Shown: positions 25,367 to 37,804, counted from the first letter of the stretch. The stretch: 64,000 nucleotides of DNA from Anthoceros angustus (GCA_010909165.1 VJWM01000103.1:186001-250000); one strand, 5' to 3'. The notes: generated by a model not told the origin, from the sequence alone. Numbers and translations: made by a program.

Positions 25367-25908
25367 ATCAAGCGCATGCAACTAGCCACATCATTTCAGT
25401 AAATAGCAATATGCATGTGTAACTGCTGTTTACGGGATTAAATACGAACCCGGTCACAAGAATGACAGGATTTCCAGTTTCAACAGTGTTCGTCCTATCC
25501 TCATGCTTCTGAACTGTTGCATGGATAGTGCCTTCTAGGCACACGCCTAACGAGCAGGAACAATCAAAGGACTTGTAAACCATTAAGAAAATCTAGTACT
25601 AGTCTTAATTCTTTTCTATTTCCTTTCCCTAGTTATGAATATACTACTTCACTTATAAGCACGATTGATGAACTATGAGAAATAAACTCATCAATATAGG
25701 GCGGGATTTCAGCTGCGTAAATTGTGTGTTACTTTCTCCATTTTTGGCAAGAATGGATAGTGCAAGCCACGCCATGGACTTTTGAGTTAGAATCTTCTTT
25801 TCCTTTACGATTTGTTTCATTTCGATAATGTACTGGAATGTTGTTGCCAACTCAATTAGATCGCTCTTAATAATTGTGAAGCTCTTAAGACTGGATGGTA
25901 TGATCTCC

Positions 25909-26107
25909 TACTCGCTGGAATAGGTTGTTTTATCATTGATTTCAAACCATCTGCTAAAGGTAATAACATTCTGAACAATCCTACTACATCGGGACCCTTG
26001 GGTGCCATTACTTTACATTCAGGTGAAACTAAAAAGGTTACTTCTAGTAAAAGCGGTATTATTATTCCAAGTATTTTCGCCAAAATACCAATGATATAAA
26101 GTTTTAT
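25909..26107 (-). pseudogene. nad1: NUMT: 5' fragment of mitochondrial nad1
   Basis: Translates (I)[62 protein letters not shown], matching plant nad1 ...[24 protein letters not shown]...KGPxVVG...PLADGLKL.IKEPI with a ~15-nt deletion. Confidence 0.88.
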
Positions 26108-26212
26108 TTTGCTAGCTTTCTTTCTATCGTGTTCTACTCACTTTCTTAAATATTATACTTTGATTGATTCGCTAAGAGTCCCAAGCTTCCATGTAACAAA
26201 CAGATTTAGACT

Positions 26213-26302
26213 TGGAAGTAGGCCGCCACAAGTCGGGCGGCCATTTCCTTCGGGTCCCTTCCCTAAATCCGTGCGTGATGTAGTATTCTATCATAGGGCT
26301 TT
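26213..26302 (-). other. Group II intron domain V/VI-like relic (organellar), part of the NUMT
   Basis: Minus strand AAGCCCTATGATAGAATACTACATCACGCACGGATTTAGGGAAGGG resembles the domain V consensus; followed by the hairpin GGCCGCC...GGCGGCC and CCTACTT. Confidence 0.6.
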
Positions 26303-29300
26303 CTGTTCAAAGTGGAGTCTTGTGGAATCCAGCATCCTAAATGCTTTAACTCCCAAAAAGAAAAAGCCACTTGACTAGCTATGTAAGAAACTCGACAAGG
26401 CAGCAGACCCACTAGACTCTATTTTTCAAAGGGCCAAGGGTAAACTATTCAATTTGTGGTGACGATCTGCATTTCTGCCTAAGCATCTAAGGCGAGTGGT
26501 TTAAGCCCTTCTTTACCAGTATAGGGTTCAAAAAAGGTAAAAAAGGTTTGTAAACTCTCAAACAGCAGCTTTTTGAAGTACCAGACGCCTCCTATCCTTC
26601 AACGAGTCTTTTATAACTTGTTGACTGAAAGTCTTTGGATCTTTCTAGGCCATAGCCTGGCATCGACCACTCGAATTTGTCTCTACATCGGATCCACTAG
26701 GTTTCTTTCTCAACCCATTTTTATGTTTTCGTAACTTTTAGTAAGTATTGTGCTCTACACGTGGACGTCTCTAGCTTATTTTTTAAAATCACTGCTCCAC
26801 CACGTGACGCTGAAACACAATGCAGCAAAAGTCTCCACAATAAGAGAGATTATTGCTTGTAATGGCTTGAGAATTATCATTAACCAAGCCTACTCCAGTA
26901 TCAAAGAACTCCCTCCCTAGTACTCCTTTTTTCAAGATGAATTTTAAGAAATTTGGCAGGTGTTACTCTCGTTTTTTCAAGAGGGAGTACTACAATCCTA
27001 GGAGCACCTCCCTAAGCCAGCAAATTTGTTTCACCTTTTATATAATTGAATTGAAGTCGGAACCTTAGGCAAAAACACAAAGAAGCTACACTCAATCTAT
27101 ATGTGCATACTATCTACAAGAAAAAATCATCGCCTAATGAGAGATGATAGCTAAGAACGCAAAAACAGTGGAATGACAATCATGGACATGTACAAGAAGA
27201 GATTTGTGGGCAAAAAAATATTAAATTGAAGCCTTTCCAATCTAAAAAATACTGCACATACAAGAATTTTGGATTGACTCTTCAATCCAGGTATTCGATT
27301 ATAATCCCGTTCTCAGAAGGGCGATTCCATTAATTAGAAATGTAATCTTGGCTCAATGTCCAAAAGATGTTGTATTTTGTACCGTTGAAATAGAATAATT
27401 AAGAGCATAGATTTCTTTCCCTTTAAGTTTGCTTGCTTGGCTTGTTATACTATGTGCTATGCAAGGCGCCATTGTCATTGTAGGGCATGTCTTGGTGCCT
27501 TCCAATCTGCATCCATGGAGTAAATCAGCCAGAGGTAGCGTTGTCGCAATGCGTGTGTAAAAGCATTTGGGAAACTGAGTCACGGGGACCATATCTCCAA
27601 GCATGGCTCGAAAAATATAGGTGGGGTTGATAAGATTGACAAATCCGGATTACATAGCTGCTAAACGACAGCCTTCGCCAAGCCAACGGGTAATGGCTTG
27701 GTCTTGTTCTCGGTTCTTCTGCTAGGTAGAATAGAGGAGCTTCGTAAGTTTTGGGGGCATTCTCAGTAAGAGAAGAAGACTATGCGGACATCTCATCCTG
27801 ACATACTAGTGAATAACACGCAAAGACACCATTATGGGATCGGGCCTACTGTCTATGTGAAAGAAGGTCGACGGAGTCGCCATAGTAGGCGAGAAGGGAA
27901 ATAACTCAGCATGGTATAGGAGGACGGCAACCATGATGATTTGATGGTAGAGGGCGTAATCCTTTCTCTGCCACAAAAGTGTCGACGAAGCCGCTTGAAC
28001 TTTACTAAGAAAATAAGATACTCACAGCAGCTTGCCAGTACAGACCTCCGTGGCCCTATAAGGAGTGGAGCAACACAAAGAATATTAGTCTTTGCTGTCC
28101 TCTAGCCAGCCATATTGTAGCAGTTACAAGCACGCTTGGCCATCTCAAGGGGGCAAAGAAAGACCAGCCATAATACGCAACGTTGTGGAGCAGTTTCTAG
28201 ATCCACGACGTTATGCTGAATTGTGGCTTGATGGTTCTCGCTGGGATGGTCTCGCTTCAGCTTAGCTAAATTCAAATAAACCATAAACCATTTAGTATGG
28301 GAAAAGCAAAGCGCGAACAAAAGCGGTTGGGCTTCACCGCCGTCCCCCTCCTCCCCAAATTTGCACAGAGACGGTATAAGCTAACTAAATGAAATGACTT
28401 TCCATGTAGACCATAGTACCTATGACTTTTTGTGTAGAGCATAGCATTTATGACTTTAGGTATAGAGCATAGCATCCATAACTTTAGGTCTACAGTATAT
28501 GATATTAGTTATGGAGCATAGCACCAATAACTTTAGGTCTAGAGTACACTCCACCTTCCCTAATTGGGATTATTTAGAAGCCGCCCTACAGCTTCCATTT
28601 TGGGAGATGCCCTACAACCCTGGTTCCAATGGTTTAGCTAAAATAATCAAATTTAAAATTTTGAATTTTTAAAAATAATTAGAGTTCGATCCAAATACCA
28701 ATATTTGTTTGCTTAGCTACTTTAAAATAATGACTAATGGGTGCTTGGGCTGGCCTAGGGGATTGTTCACCGTCATCCAGGTGTAGGTGGGACTTCCCAT
28801 CTCTATATATATGTATAAAGCCTTCATTCCTCTTTGATCAATGATTTTTTTTTCTAAGGGACGTTGCAACTTCATAAACTCTACATTGTATTTGTAGCTA
28901 TTGTATCAAACACATATTCACCATCTCCATAGCTTTATCTGAATCCTCCTTCTTAACTAGTGACATTGGTTCTACTATATTGACTTCCTCTTCAACATTT
29001 TCCTCATCTTCGGTTTATTGCTTCCCAGATTTTCTACATTGTTAGCGTGAGAAACGTAGGAAAAAAATTTAGCAATAAAAAAAAATTATTGAACATAATA
29101 ATGGACATGTGTGATTATGAAAATGATATAGATATAAAATTTACAATAACATAATTATTTAATTTAATTTAAAATTAATATATGTAATATTTTTAATTAG
29201 AGAGGAACAAAGGAAAAGGAGGGAGAAAGGAAGGAGGGGATGGAGGGGGCGGTTAGTTAATAGTTGCTTGGTGCATAGCAGCAAGCAAGATTGGTCAGAA

Positions 29301-30141
29301 ATCGGGAAAATTTGATCTCATAGCGAAGTATTGATTAGAAGGCCGCGAGATTTGAGAGGCAGGAGTCCCTACCTCCAGAATTCACGAACAGGTCTTTTTT
29401 TGCCATCCCAACCAATGGGATCTCCCTACCCCACTAGGTCGACGACTCGACAACGGGCAAGATTTGAAAGGGAAGTTAAGGGTATGATACAACATGGAAG
29501 CTATTAAAAGTAGTGAGATTGCTGATCAGCGCCAGCAGAACAGTACGACGACGCTTTGTCAAATCGAACTTATGAAGCGTTTTGAGTAGGCCCCATGTGG
29601 CACTTTGGTTTGATGGCTGCTTTACCAGCAAAGAGAGGTTACGCGGGGCATAATGAGCCCAGGCGTGCCTCGAATGGCAAAGGAACTGAAGTCTGGATTC
29701 TGAATTTTGCCAATTCACTGGTCAACGAGGTTAATCCATGGCTTCCATAGATTTGGTAGTAAGATCAGATCCACGGCAGAAAACAATTCAAGAAGCAAAG
29801 GCCGGGGGTAAGTGAGATAAACATTCTGGCCCCAAAAGAAGATATCCTTAGGGTTGGTGCTAACTTAAGTGACTAAGCTAGAAACATTCTTATTGACTAC
29901 AGATAGAGAAATTAAGCCAAGAGGGCGCGCATACTGGTCTATCATAAAGTTGCGATATACATAACTCACACAGTGGCAAAACGCTTTAGTTAGCAAATCC
30001 TGCAAACGAGATATGTAGTTGGAAAAGTGGTGGGCGACACTAATGGCATGAGCCTAGACTTCTCACCACCGGAGCCTTATGCGGACTCACAATTGTTTTT
30101 CTTATCTCAAGGAGTAAAGCTAGAGCTTACCTATCTCGATA

Positions 30142-30483
30142 CCGTACCCTGAGGGATGATTCGGCGTTAATTAATTAAAATAAATAAAATTTGAAAAATT
30201 TAGAAATGATTATACTTAAAATGTTGAATATGTAAAAATTTATGAGTTTAAGATTCCTAAAACAAGGAAACTAGGGTTTGTGTGGAAAATTAGGGCCTGT
30301 TTAGGGGAGGTCTATACATATCCATTAGTTATATATATATACTTATATATTTTAATAAATATTGAAATTTAATAAAATTATTTTTCGTAAATTTTGAAAA
30401 ATATAAATATCTTTATTGAACCTTATTTTTTCAAAAAATAATTATTTCAGCATTATCCTGTTGAATCACCCCTTGGGGTACGA
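30142..30483. mobile_element. MITE-like element with ~20-bp imperfect TIRs and TA target duplication (Tc1/mariner-like)
   Basis: Left TA|ccgtaccctgagggatgattc; right gaatcaccccttggggtacga|TA; very AT-rich ~300-bp interior with no ORF. Confidence 0.65.
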
Positions 30484-30763
30484 TAATAGCTTGAAGCAAC
30501 TTTTTTCCGTGAAGATAAGTTGGTTATTTTTAATCCTCATCCTCACCATTTTTCAGATACAATTGATTGATTCTTTTCTAATATTTTCTTAGTCTATCCT
30601 TTTGTATTCCTACTTATATATGCATATTCTTTCTTTACCTCTTTTACGCTGTAATGGCACGCTTAGTAGACATAAATAGGGTTGTTGTGATTATTCTTTA
30701 GTGCCAAAGTCTCATATAGGGAAAATTTCATCCCAATGGATTATAATAGATTTGTTTTTCTTT

Positions 30764-30826
30764 TATAGTGGTGACTACTCCCGCGATAGAGCGACGGTGA
30801 CCCGGGTTCAATTCTCGGCAACGGCA
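30764..30826 (+). pseudogene. tRNA-Asp-derived relic (pseudo-tRNA or SINE head)
   Basis: TATAGTGGTGACTACTCCCGC...GGTGACCCGGGTTCAATTCTCGGCAACGGCA follows plant tRNA-Asp(GTC) in the D arm, T arm and 3' acceptor; 5' acceptor strand missing and anticodon arm scrambled. Confidence 0.7.
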
Positions 30827-31123
30827 GACGATGGGAGAAAAGGCTCAGCGCTTTTGACCTTTACGTCTTCCCCTGTTCGCAGCAGTGTAACACGTCACAA
30901 AGTTTGAACCACCTGCAACATTTACTTTCCTTTTAAGAATCACGAAAAATGACTCACACTAACGAGGCAAGTCTGAGGGCTGAGGGCCAGCATATTTGCG
31001 ATCAACAAGTATGAACGCGTCCTGCATGTTCACTTCGTGATGTTTAGTCAGATGTCACCATATGCAGGCACTTCCTGATGTTTAATCGCACTTCAGGATG
31101 CGATGTCTGAGCATGTCCTACAT

Positions 31124-31195
31124 TGCCTACGGTGACACCATAGGCAGCAAGCGATCAGCTTTGAGAAGCATGTGCCTATGGTGTCACCATAGGCA
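31124..31195. repeat. Two 23-bp palindromes at 49-bp spacing
   Basis: tgcctacggtgacaccataggca (31124-31146) and tgcctatggtgtcaccataggca (31173-31195). Confidence 0.9.
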
Positions 31196-31309
31196 GCAAG
31201 CGATCAGCTATGAGAGAGGCAGCATGCGATCAGCTATGATAGTGAGCAGGTGCCCAAAGCACAGGGCGATGTCCAGCAGACGTTCACTAAAAACAGCAGT
31301 GAGCCTCAG

Positions 31310-31700
31310 CTTGTCAAGGAAAGCCAGTCAGCCAGGCATATCTCATTGCAAGCTAGCTTGGCGATGGTTAGTCAGGCAGAAGCCCTGGAGTCTCTCACAC
31401 ATTCCAATGTCCAGGAAAGTCTGTCAGCGGTCAGCCAGGCAAATCATAGCAACCTTCAACAATCGTCAGCCAGGCATATCATAGCACCTTCAACAATCGT
31501 CAGCCAGGCATATCATAGCAAGCTTGGCAATGCTTAGGCAGGCAGCAAGAAGCCCTGCAGTCCCTCACACATTCCACTGTCCAGGAAAGCCTGTCAGGGG
31601 TCAAGCAGGGTCAGTCAGGCATATCATAGCCAGCTTGGCGATGCTGTTTTTCAGTCAGGCAGCAAGAAGCCCTGCAGAAATTCACACATTCCATTAGTAC
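31310..31700. repeat. Complex nested repeat (~100-bp units with internal ~32-bp subrepeats)
   Basis: Recurrent cagccaggcatatcatagc, gcttggc.atg, gaagccctg.ag, tcacacattcca, gtccaggaaag. Confidence 0.8.
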
Positions 31701-32178
31701 TCTCACGATCTCGTTAGTATGAAGCCTCACACCATAAATGCCTGAACACCTGGCAGTGCACTAGTCTTTATGCTGGAACTACGCCATCAAGGACCAGGGG
31801 CCAAGCACAGGAGCTTTATTCATAGCCTGTGGACATCCAGCAGAGCCTCCTTCCTATACCTGTGTTCTACCTTAAAATCTTTCATCTCGTGAATTCGAGG
31901 GTCGACTAAAAATCTTCAACCTCGTTAATTCGACGGCCGCCATTATGTGAAGCTGCACAGCTTTTGAAAATATCTCGTCTCAGACGGGTCAATCTCTTTT
32001 GATCTTGGAAGGCCGATGCGAGCCGTCCTCAAATCCTGCTTCGAATTCCCTCCTAACAGTCCTTAAGGTCAGCTTAAGCCCTCTGCCGCGATGTGGCCAT
32101 GCTTTGATCTCCTCAATATCCCACTTAGCCTCTTCCAAGCTTGTATTCAGGAGTATATTATGTGTGAGCCAGGTCTGT

Positions 32179-32310
32179 GAATTACACAGGAGCTTGAGGC
32201 ATAATCATGCACATGATAGTTCAATCTTGTATGACACAGTGCCACAATATGAATTACATAGGAGCTTGAGGCATAATCATGCACATCATATCTCAATCTT
32301 GTATGATACT
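32179..32310. repeat. ~72-bp direct duplication
   Basis: gaattaca.aggagcttgaggcataatcatgcacat.at...tcaatcttgtatga occurs twice. Confidence 0.85.
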
Positions 32311-33558
32311 TACAAGGCATGGTTAAGAGTACACACGGTTCAAAGACATCAACTACTAAAGGCTAGTGATGGAAGAACATCCACAGACCTCAACTACTAC
32401 TTTTAATGATGGAAGCAGTGGGAGACAGCCTACAATTACATGTACCACCCATATTGACTACATATCAATCAAGGGACGCTGAACCTACCAGACCTGTAGT
32501 GGAGACCAGCACTGGCAGTACGAACCAGACCTCGAGCGCCAGATGTTGCCCGCTGCCGTCTGCACGCGTCCGCTTCAAATCAGCCGATTCCAAAGACTTA
32601 TGCCTCAAGGGCTTTGAAGGGCTTTTTCACACGAATTCAAAAGCATTCAGGTTTTCTCCTAATTCTCAACATCTCATCTCAGTCCCGACATGACCGACCT
32701 TGACTCTAAAATCATATCGCGATGATGTCCAGTCAGTTGAGGTCTGTGCAGGAACGTTCAAACCTGTAGACCGCATTCAACAAGCAAGTCTTCTCGTCAA
32801 GGTTATTCAACCATTGTTCTGTCCGCCCGTCCAACAACCTAGATACAGCAACCCCGTCGTGGTCGTAACCTCCGAGCAGCGAGCTGGAAAAAATCCTCTT
32901 CACACAACATCCACATGAACGACGTGCACGATGTACAAACATGCATCTCACGCGGATTGGAGGCATCGTCTCAGGGCGGTGGGCATCGCCCTTTAGTCCC
33001 CTGATGTAGCTGTGAGGTCACCAGCAGTGCCAGCCAGCACCAGTCAAGAGTTTCCAGAATCTTGGACCTGCTGGAGTTCAATTCAAACTCACGAGACTTT
33101 CAACAGAGACTGCTCCAGCACGACAGCCGGCGCACTTCGCGACAACACTGAATCGCCCGACTTCCCTTTACTGTACGTTCTGTCACACCTGCGTACACAC
33201 TTCCCCAACACATGGCTGCCGGACGTTGTTGCCTCAGGAATAAGTTCACATATGTTGCTCAACGACCTGTACATCGCCCCGCAGCTAGTTCTTGTAGGAT
33301 GCCACGCGCACATGCCCACAGGCTACCAGTTCCCACGCTCCGGTAGTAAGCCGGGTCGCACCGAAACAGTCAAGGGTGACGATCTCTGTGGCATTGTACT
33401 GCCAGAACGAGAATCTGATGGCAGCCATGCTCGCACACGTAGGACCCACTTCATAAAGCCTCCTGGACGATCAACATCCAGTGATCCGGGCTTGGCACCA
33501 GCGAATTGTTCATGCTCAGCAATCCCACGAGCCTCGAGCTCTGCTTCAATCCATCACA

Positions 33559-36500
33559 ATGCCGGTGGGAGAGGCCAATCTGTTCGGCCTGCACCAGTTT
33601 GATAACCAAACTAGCTTTTTCTCCCAATCTGTCTTCCCACAGGTATGGCACCCCCAGGGGATCCTGGATGCAGATAGTACATCATTTGAGAGAAACGAGC
33701 GTGAGGAATGTCTGTGACAGGGGGTCGGATACGCGCTCCTGATTGGGTATGGAGCCTTTTTTGCGGTCATCACTGTCTGGGTATACTATCTGGACCACAA
33801 GTATGCTGGAGTTGTCTACCATTCGGAGGAGTTCAACACAGCGGGACGGTCGATCAAGACCGGCCTGATTGCTGTGGACGTGGTCAGTCACTGGACGTGG
33901 TATGTATAGGTGGCAATAGCATGAGTTCTGAAAAACTGATGGCGACAGGCGAATTTTGGATTCATCTGCTCTGCTAGGGTAACCATAGAGAATCCGGCAG
34001 TGCAGGGTGGCGACTCTACTGCAGTCTACCTCAGAGGCCTACTGGTTTGGCATCAGCGGCCCCCTATGGTAAGCATACTATGTTTGTTGTCACACAGCTT
34101 AATGCCGTCAAGGAGGCCTCGTTTTTGTAGGCCTTCAATGTGGGTCCTCCGTGTTGCAGGTTCGCAAACACAGCTACGGTTCCGCTTGTCCTCTTCGGGA
34201 CTGTGGCGTTGCAGATTAAGAGGAAGGCACCCAAAGCGCATACTGTGATAGAGCTCGTGCGCCGTAGATGGGGCCACACAGCTGCATTTGTGAGCAACGT
34301 GCTGGTGTTGAGTTGTAACTTCAATTCTTTGTCTTGTATGTATGTGACTAGGTGTGTGGTGCACATTGTTGGTGCTGTTGCAGGTTTTCATGTACATATG
34401 CTTCCTCAACAACATCCTGGTCTGCGTGCTTGTGTTCATTGGCGCTGCCGATGTTTTTACTGCTGCAACTGGTCCGACTTGAGCTCTCAAGTTCCTGCAG
34501 TTTGCGTTTTGTTATTTTGGTACTGACAGTGATACTGGCAGGCATGAATGTCTACTCAGCGCTGATGCTGATCCCGTTGTTCGTCGTCATCTACACTGTG
34601 GTTGGTGGCCTCAAGGCAACCTTTGTTTCCTCCTACCTCCACACCGCGGTCATTTTCGTCGTCCTTAATGTCCTTGTGTATGCGGTAAGATTATCCAGCA
34701 TTCTGCTGGTGTATGTATTCAGCAGGCTTGCATTGATCACATGAAAGACCTGAAATGTGGTCTCTAACAAGCTGCAGCTTACCTACCTGTAGGTATTTGC
34801 GTCAAGCAAACATCCTGTGGGCAGCATCGCTCAGGTCTGGAAGAATTTGACAAGATATGCTACAGTCATACCTGTTAAAGGTGGGGGAGCCGTCCCACCT
34901 GCTCAACACTAGGCAATGATCATGAGATCGCAACATGTTCCTCATGAATCTCTTTCCTGTGACAGGCAACAAGGACGGCAGTCTCCTGACTGTGTACAGT
35001 ATCCCAGGGATCAAGTTTGCAGTATTCAACCTAATTGGAGCCTGCGCAAACCTTGCCGCTGATCAGGCTTACTGGCAGGTATGCAGCTAGCAGACAACCC
35101 CATGCTTCTGCATTGCATTGGACTTGTGGCGGTTGGTAGTTTGTAGTAATCCTTACTGGTTGAAGTTGGCATGTCTGGCAGAGTGCAATCGCGGCAGAAC
35201 CAAGGGCAGCATTTAAAGGCTACATCTTGGGCGGATTGCTGTGGCTTCCCATTCCGTTCACCTTGGCTACAGCTTTGGGATTGGGTGCTCTTGCCCTTGA
35301 TCTTCCAATCAGCAGTGAGGAGGCGGAGGCTGGGCTAGTTGCACTTGCTGTTGCACAGTTTCTTATGGGCAAAGGTATGCATTCCTACAAGTTCCATATT
35401 CAGCATGTTCAGCCTATAGGTGGGTAGTCATCGGCTATGGGTGTTGTGCCATAACAGTTGGCGTAGTGTTGGTACTCACAATGATATTCATGGCTGCAAC
35501 GTCAACTGGATCCGCTGAGCTTATCGCTATGAGCTCTATCTACACATACGACATCCATAAGGCAAAGGATAAAAGCTTAAAACCATGATCAATGTAGCAG
35601 ATGGTCATGCAAGAGGTGGAGTCTCACATTTGCTTCTCTGTCCCTCATCTTTTAGGCTTACGTTAACAAGAAAGCATCAGGCAGAGAATTGCTTATAGTA
35701 TCAAGAGTATCAGTCGGCCTTCTGGGCATACTGATGGGTGCCTTGTCTTGTCTTCTGGTGAAGGTACCTACTTACCTCACCCCCGTCGCTACTCGTGTAT
35801 GTTTTGCTTCTCATTTCTGTCTCTCTCACTTCCCTTGTTTCTTGCAGCTTGGTCTCAATGTGAACTTCCTATTTCTGACACTGGGCCTCCTAGTGGCATC
35901 CGGATTTCCTCCTCTGACCTTCTTGCTGGTGTGGCCCGCTGTTTCAAAAGGAGCTGCTATAGCTGGAGCTCTTGTAGGCCAAGTGGTTGCTGTTGTTGCA
36001 TGGGTCGTACATACTAAGGTAAACCCTCTGTTTGTTTAAGCATCGATCCAAGTGTCCCCATGATCCTGGCTGCACGTTCACTCACTGCCAAAGCTATGAT
36101 AAGGCAGATTGTTTACGATACTGTCAGCATCGACACTCTGCAAGAATTCGGTCCAATCCTCGATGGCACAGTGGTTGCGATCATGCTATCAGCTGTGGTC
36201 TGCGTATTGTGGACATGGGTGTCCCCAGACACTACTGGCGGCTTCTCCAGGTAGGAATCCTGCTTGTGAGCTGGTTTGCACCAATACCAAACATGAGAAC
36301 TGAATCACAGTTTCCTGTGAAGGTTTCAAGACATCGAAGTGATGGACGATGTCACCATTCTGGACCCCGCCGACAAGGATCCTGAAGCTATGGAGCGGTC
36401 GTTCAAGTGGACTGTCGGGATTGGAGGGGTACTATCGGTGCTCTTGGCGGTAGTCTGGCCCCTCCTCATGCTCCCTGCTGGCGTCTTCTCGGAGGTACCT

Positions 36501-36806
36501 CTCTTTATCTCTGAGTAGTCTAGTACACCTTGCCCGGAAATTGCACAATTGCACCTAGACTAATGTGGGCAACCTGTGCTGCGTGAGATGCAGAGTTACT
36601 TCTGGTTCTTCGTTGTGCTGTCCATGGCCTGGGCAGGCATAGCCACGGTCATCTGCACATTCATGCCGCTCTTGGAGGCAAGGAAAATCCTGGCAAAAGT
36701 GATTAAACTTATGCTCGGATTTGAGACAGAAGCAAACATATCCAGATCTGCATCTGAATTAGAAGCAGACGTACCCGGATCTGCCCTTGTACAAACGTGG
36801 AAGTAG
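33559..36806 (+). CDS. DUR3: DUR3-type urea/solute:cation symporter (SSS family), divergent; ~15 exons
   Basis: [108 protein letters not shown]. Phase-consistent short introns, one GC-AG (35562-35655). The symbol means DUR3-like. Confidence 0.9.
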
Positions 36807-36996
36807 TCCAATAATAAAGCACCTCGTCATCGAGGCTCGCTTTGTACATATGTGTCGTGACAGATGCAGGCATCACTGTATATGCCCCACCAAAAACCCT
36901 ATCGTGCACCAAAACGAGGCTTCTCCTCCCTCGAGTCCCGCTACTAGAGCACCTGTCCCCATCGCGACAGGAGCACGAGCGCATATACCGTCTGCG

Positions 36997-37804
36997 ATGG
37001 GGTTCCTCACCCTACTTCTAGTGTTGGCCTTGGGAGCTGTAATACCTGGAACATCAGCAAGTTCATCGTGGAGCGTTTGTGGTTGGTTTCTACTCCCCTT
37101 GTGTTCTGGAGTTCGCAGGGGTTTGTCGGGGCTCTCACCTCATACGTGCAATTGCAGACTCGAGATCATATCCTGTCACCGTGAAGGGTGTGACGGTGAA
37201 TCCAGACCCTGTGGTAAGCGGGGATGTCGCCGAGTTCCTCATTCCTGCAACCACTGGTATGTGTATTCAGATGCAGGTTTGCGGCAATCTTCCCCTCATG
37301 TCCGAGGGGACTGGAATGTCACGCTTGGTGTCGGCGTGGTTTGTGTGCAGATAAGGAGATCACGGGCGGGACAGTATCGATCACCGTGTACTTCCACAAC
37401 ATCCCTGTGCACAGCGAAAAGGACGACTTGTGCTCTAAGACGCCGTGCCCTATCCAGCCTGGTGAATTCACATTGAGCAATTCTGAAATCCTTCCAAAGA
37501 TAACTCCCCCGGTATGTTTCTCTCTCCCTCTCCCTCTCCCTGTGGCTTGCTGCCCTGAGATCCCTTCCTCAGGAGATGCCTTGTCTTACAGAGGGTGCTT
37601 TTTTGTTGCCAACCGTGGCAGGGCTCCTACAAAATCAAGCTGCAAGTTCTGGATGGCTCCGCAAACGTGCTGGCATGCACGTATGTGAACTTTGAGATCA
37701 CTTGGGCCTGGCCTTCTGAGCTAAACTCCAAGACTACCGGGGTCCCATCCATCCTGCAGCTCAAGGCGGGTGAGCAGCCTGCTCTAAGCCTCGCTAACAA
37801 GTAG
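36997..37804 (+). CDS. ML-domain (MD-2/NPC2-like) lipid-recognition protein, secreted; 4 exons
   Basis: Signal peptide; WSVC, YPVTVKGVTVNPDPVVSG, DDLCSKTPCPIQPGEF, ITPPGSYKIK, LACTYVNF; four conserved Cys. Confidence 0.9.

Noticed and set aside
25560-25905. Possible further mitochondrial genes (nad7, rps19 or cox-like words)
   Set aside because: Only 5-8-residue resemblances in broken frames; cannot be assigned without a search.
32400-33480. Minus-strand protein-like fragments upstream of the DUR3-like gene
   Set aside because: Short, stop-interrupted, with no recognisable family or consistent splice model.
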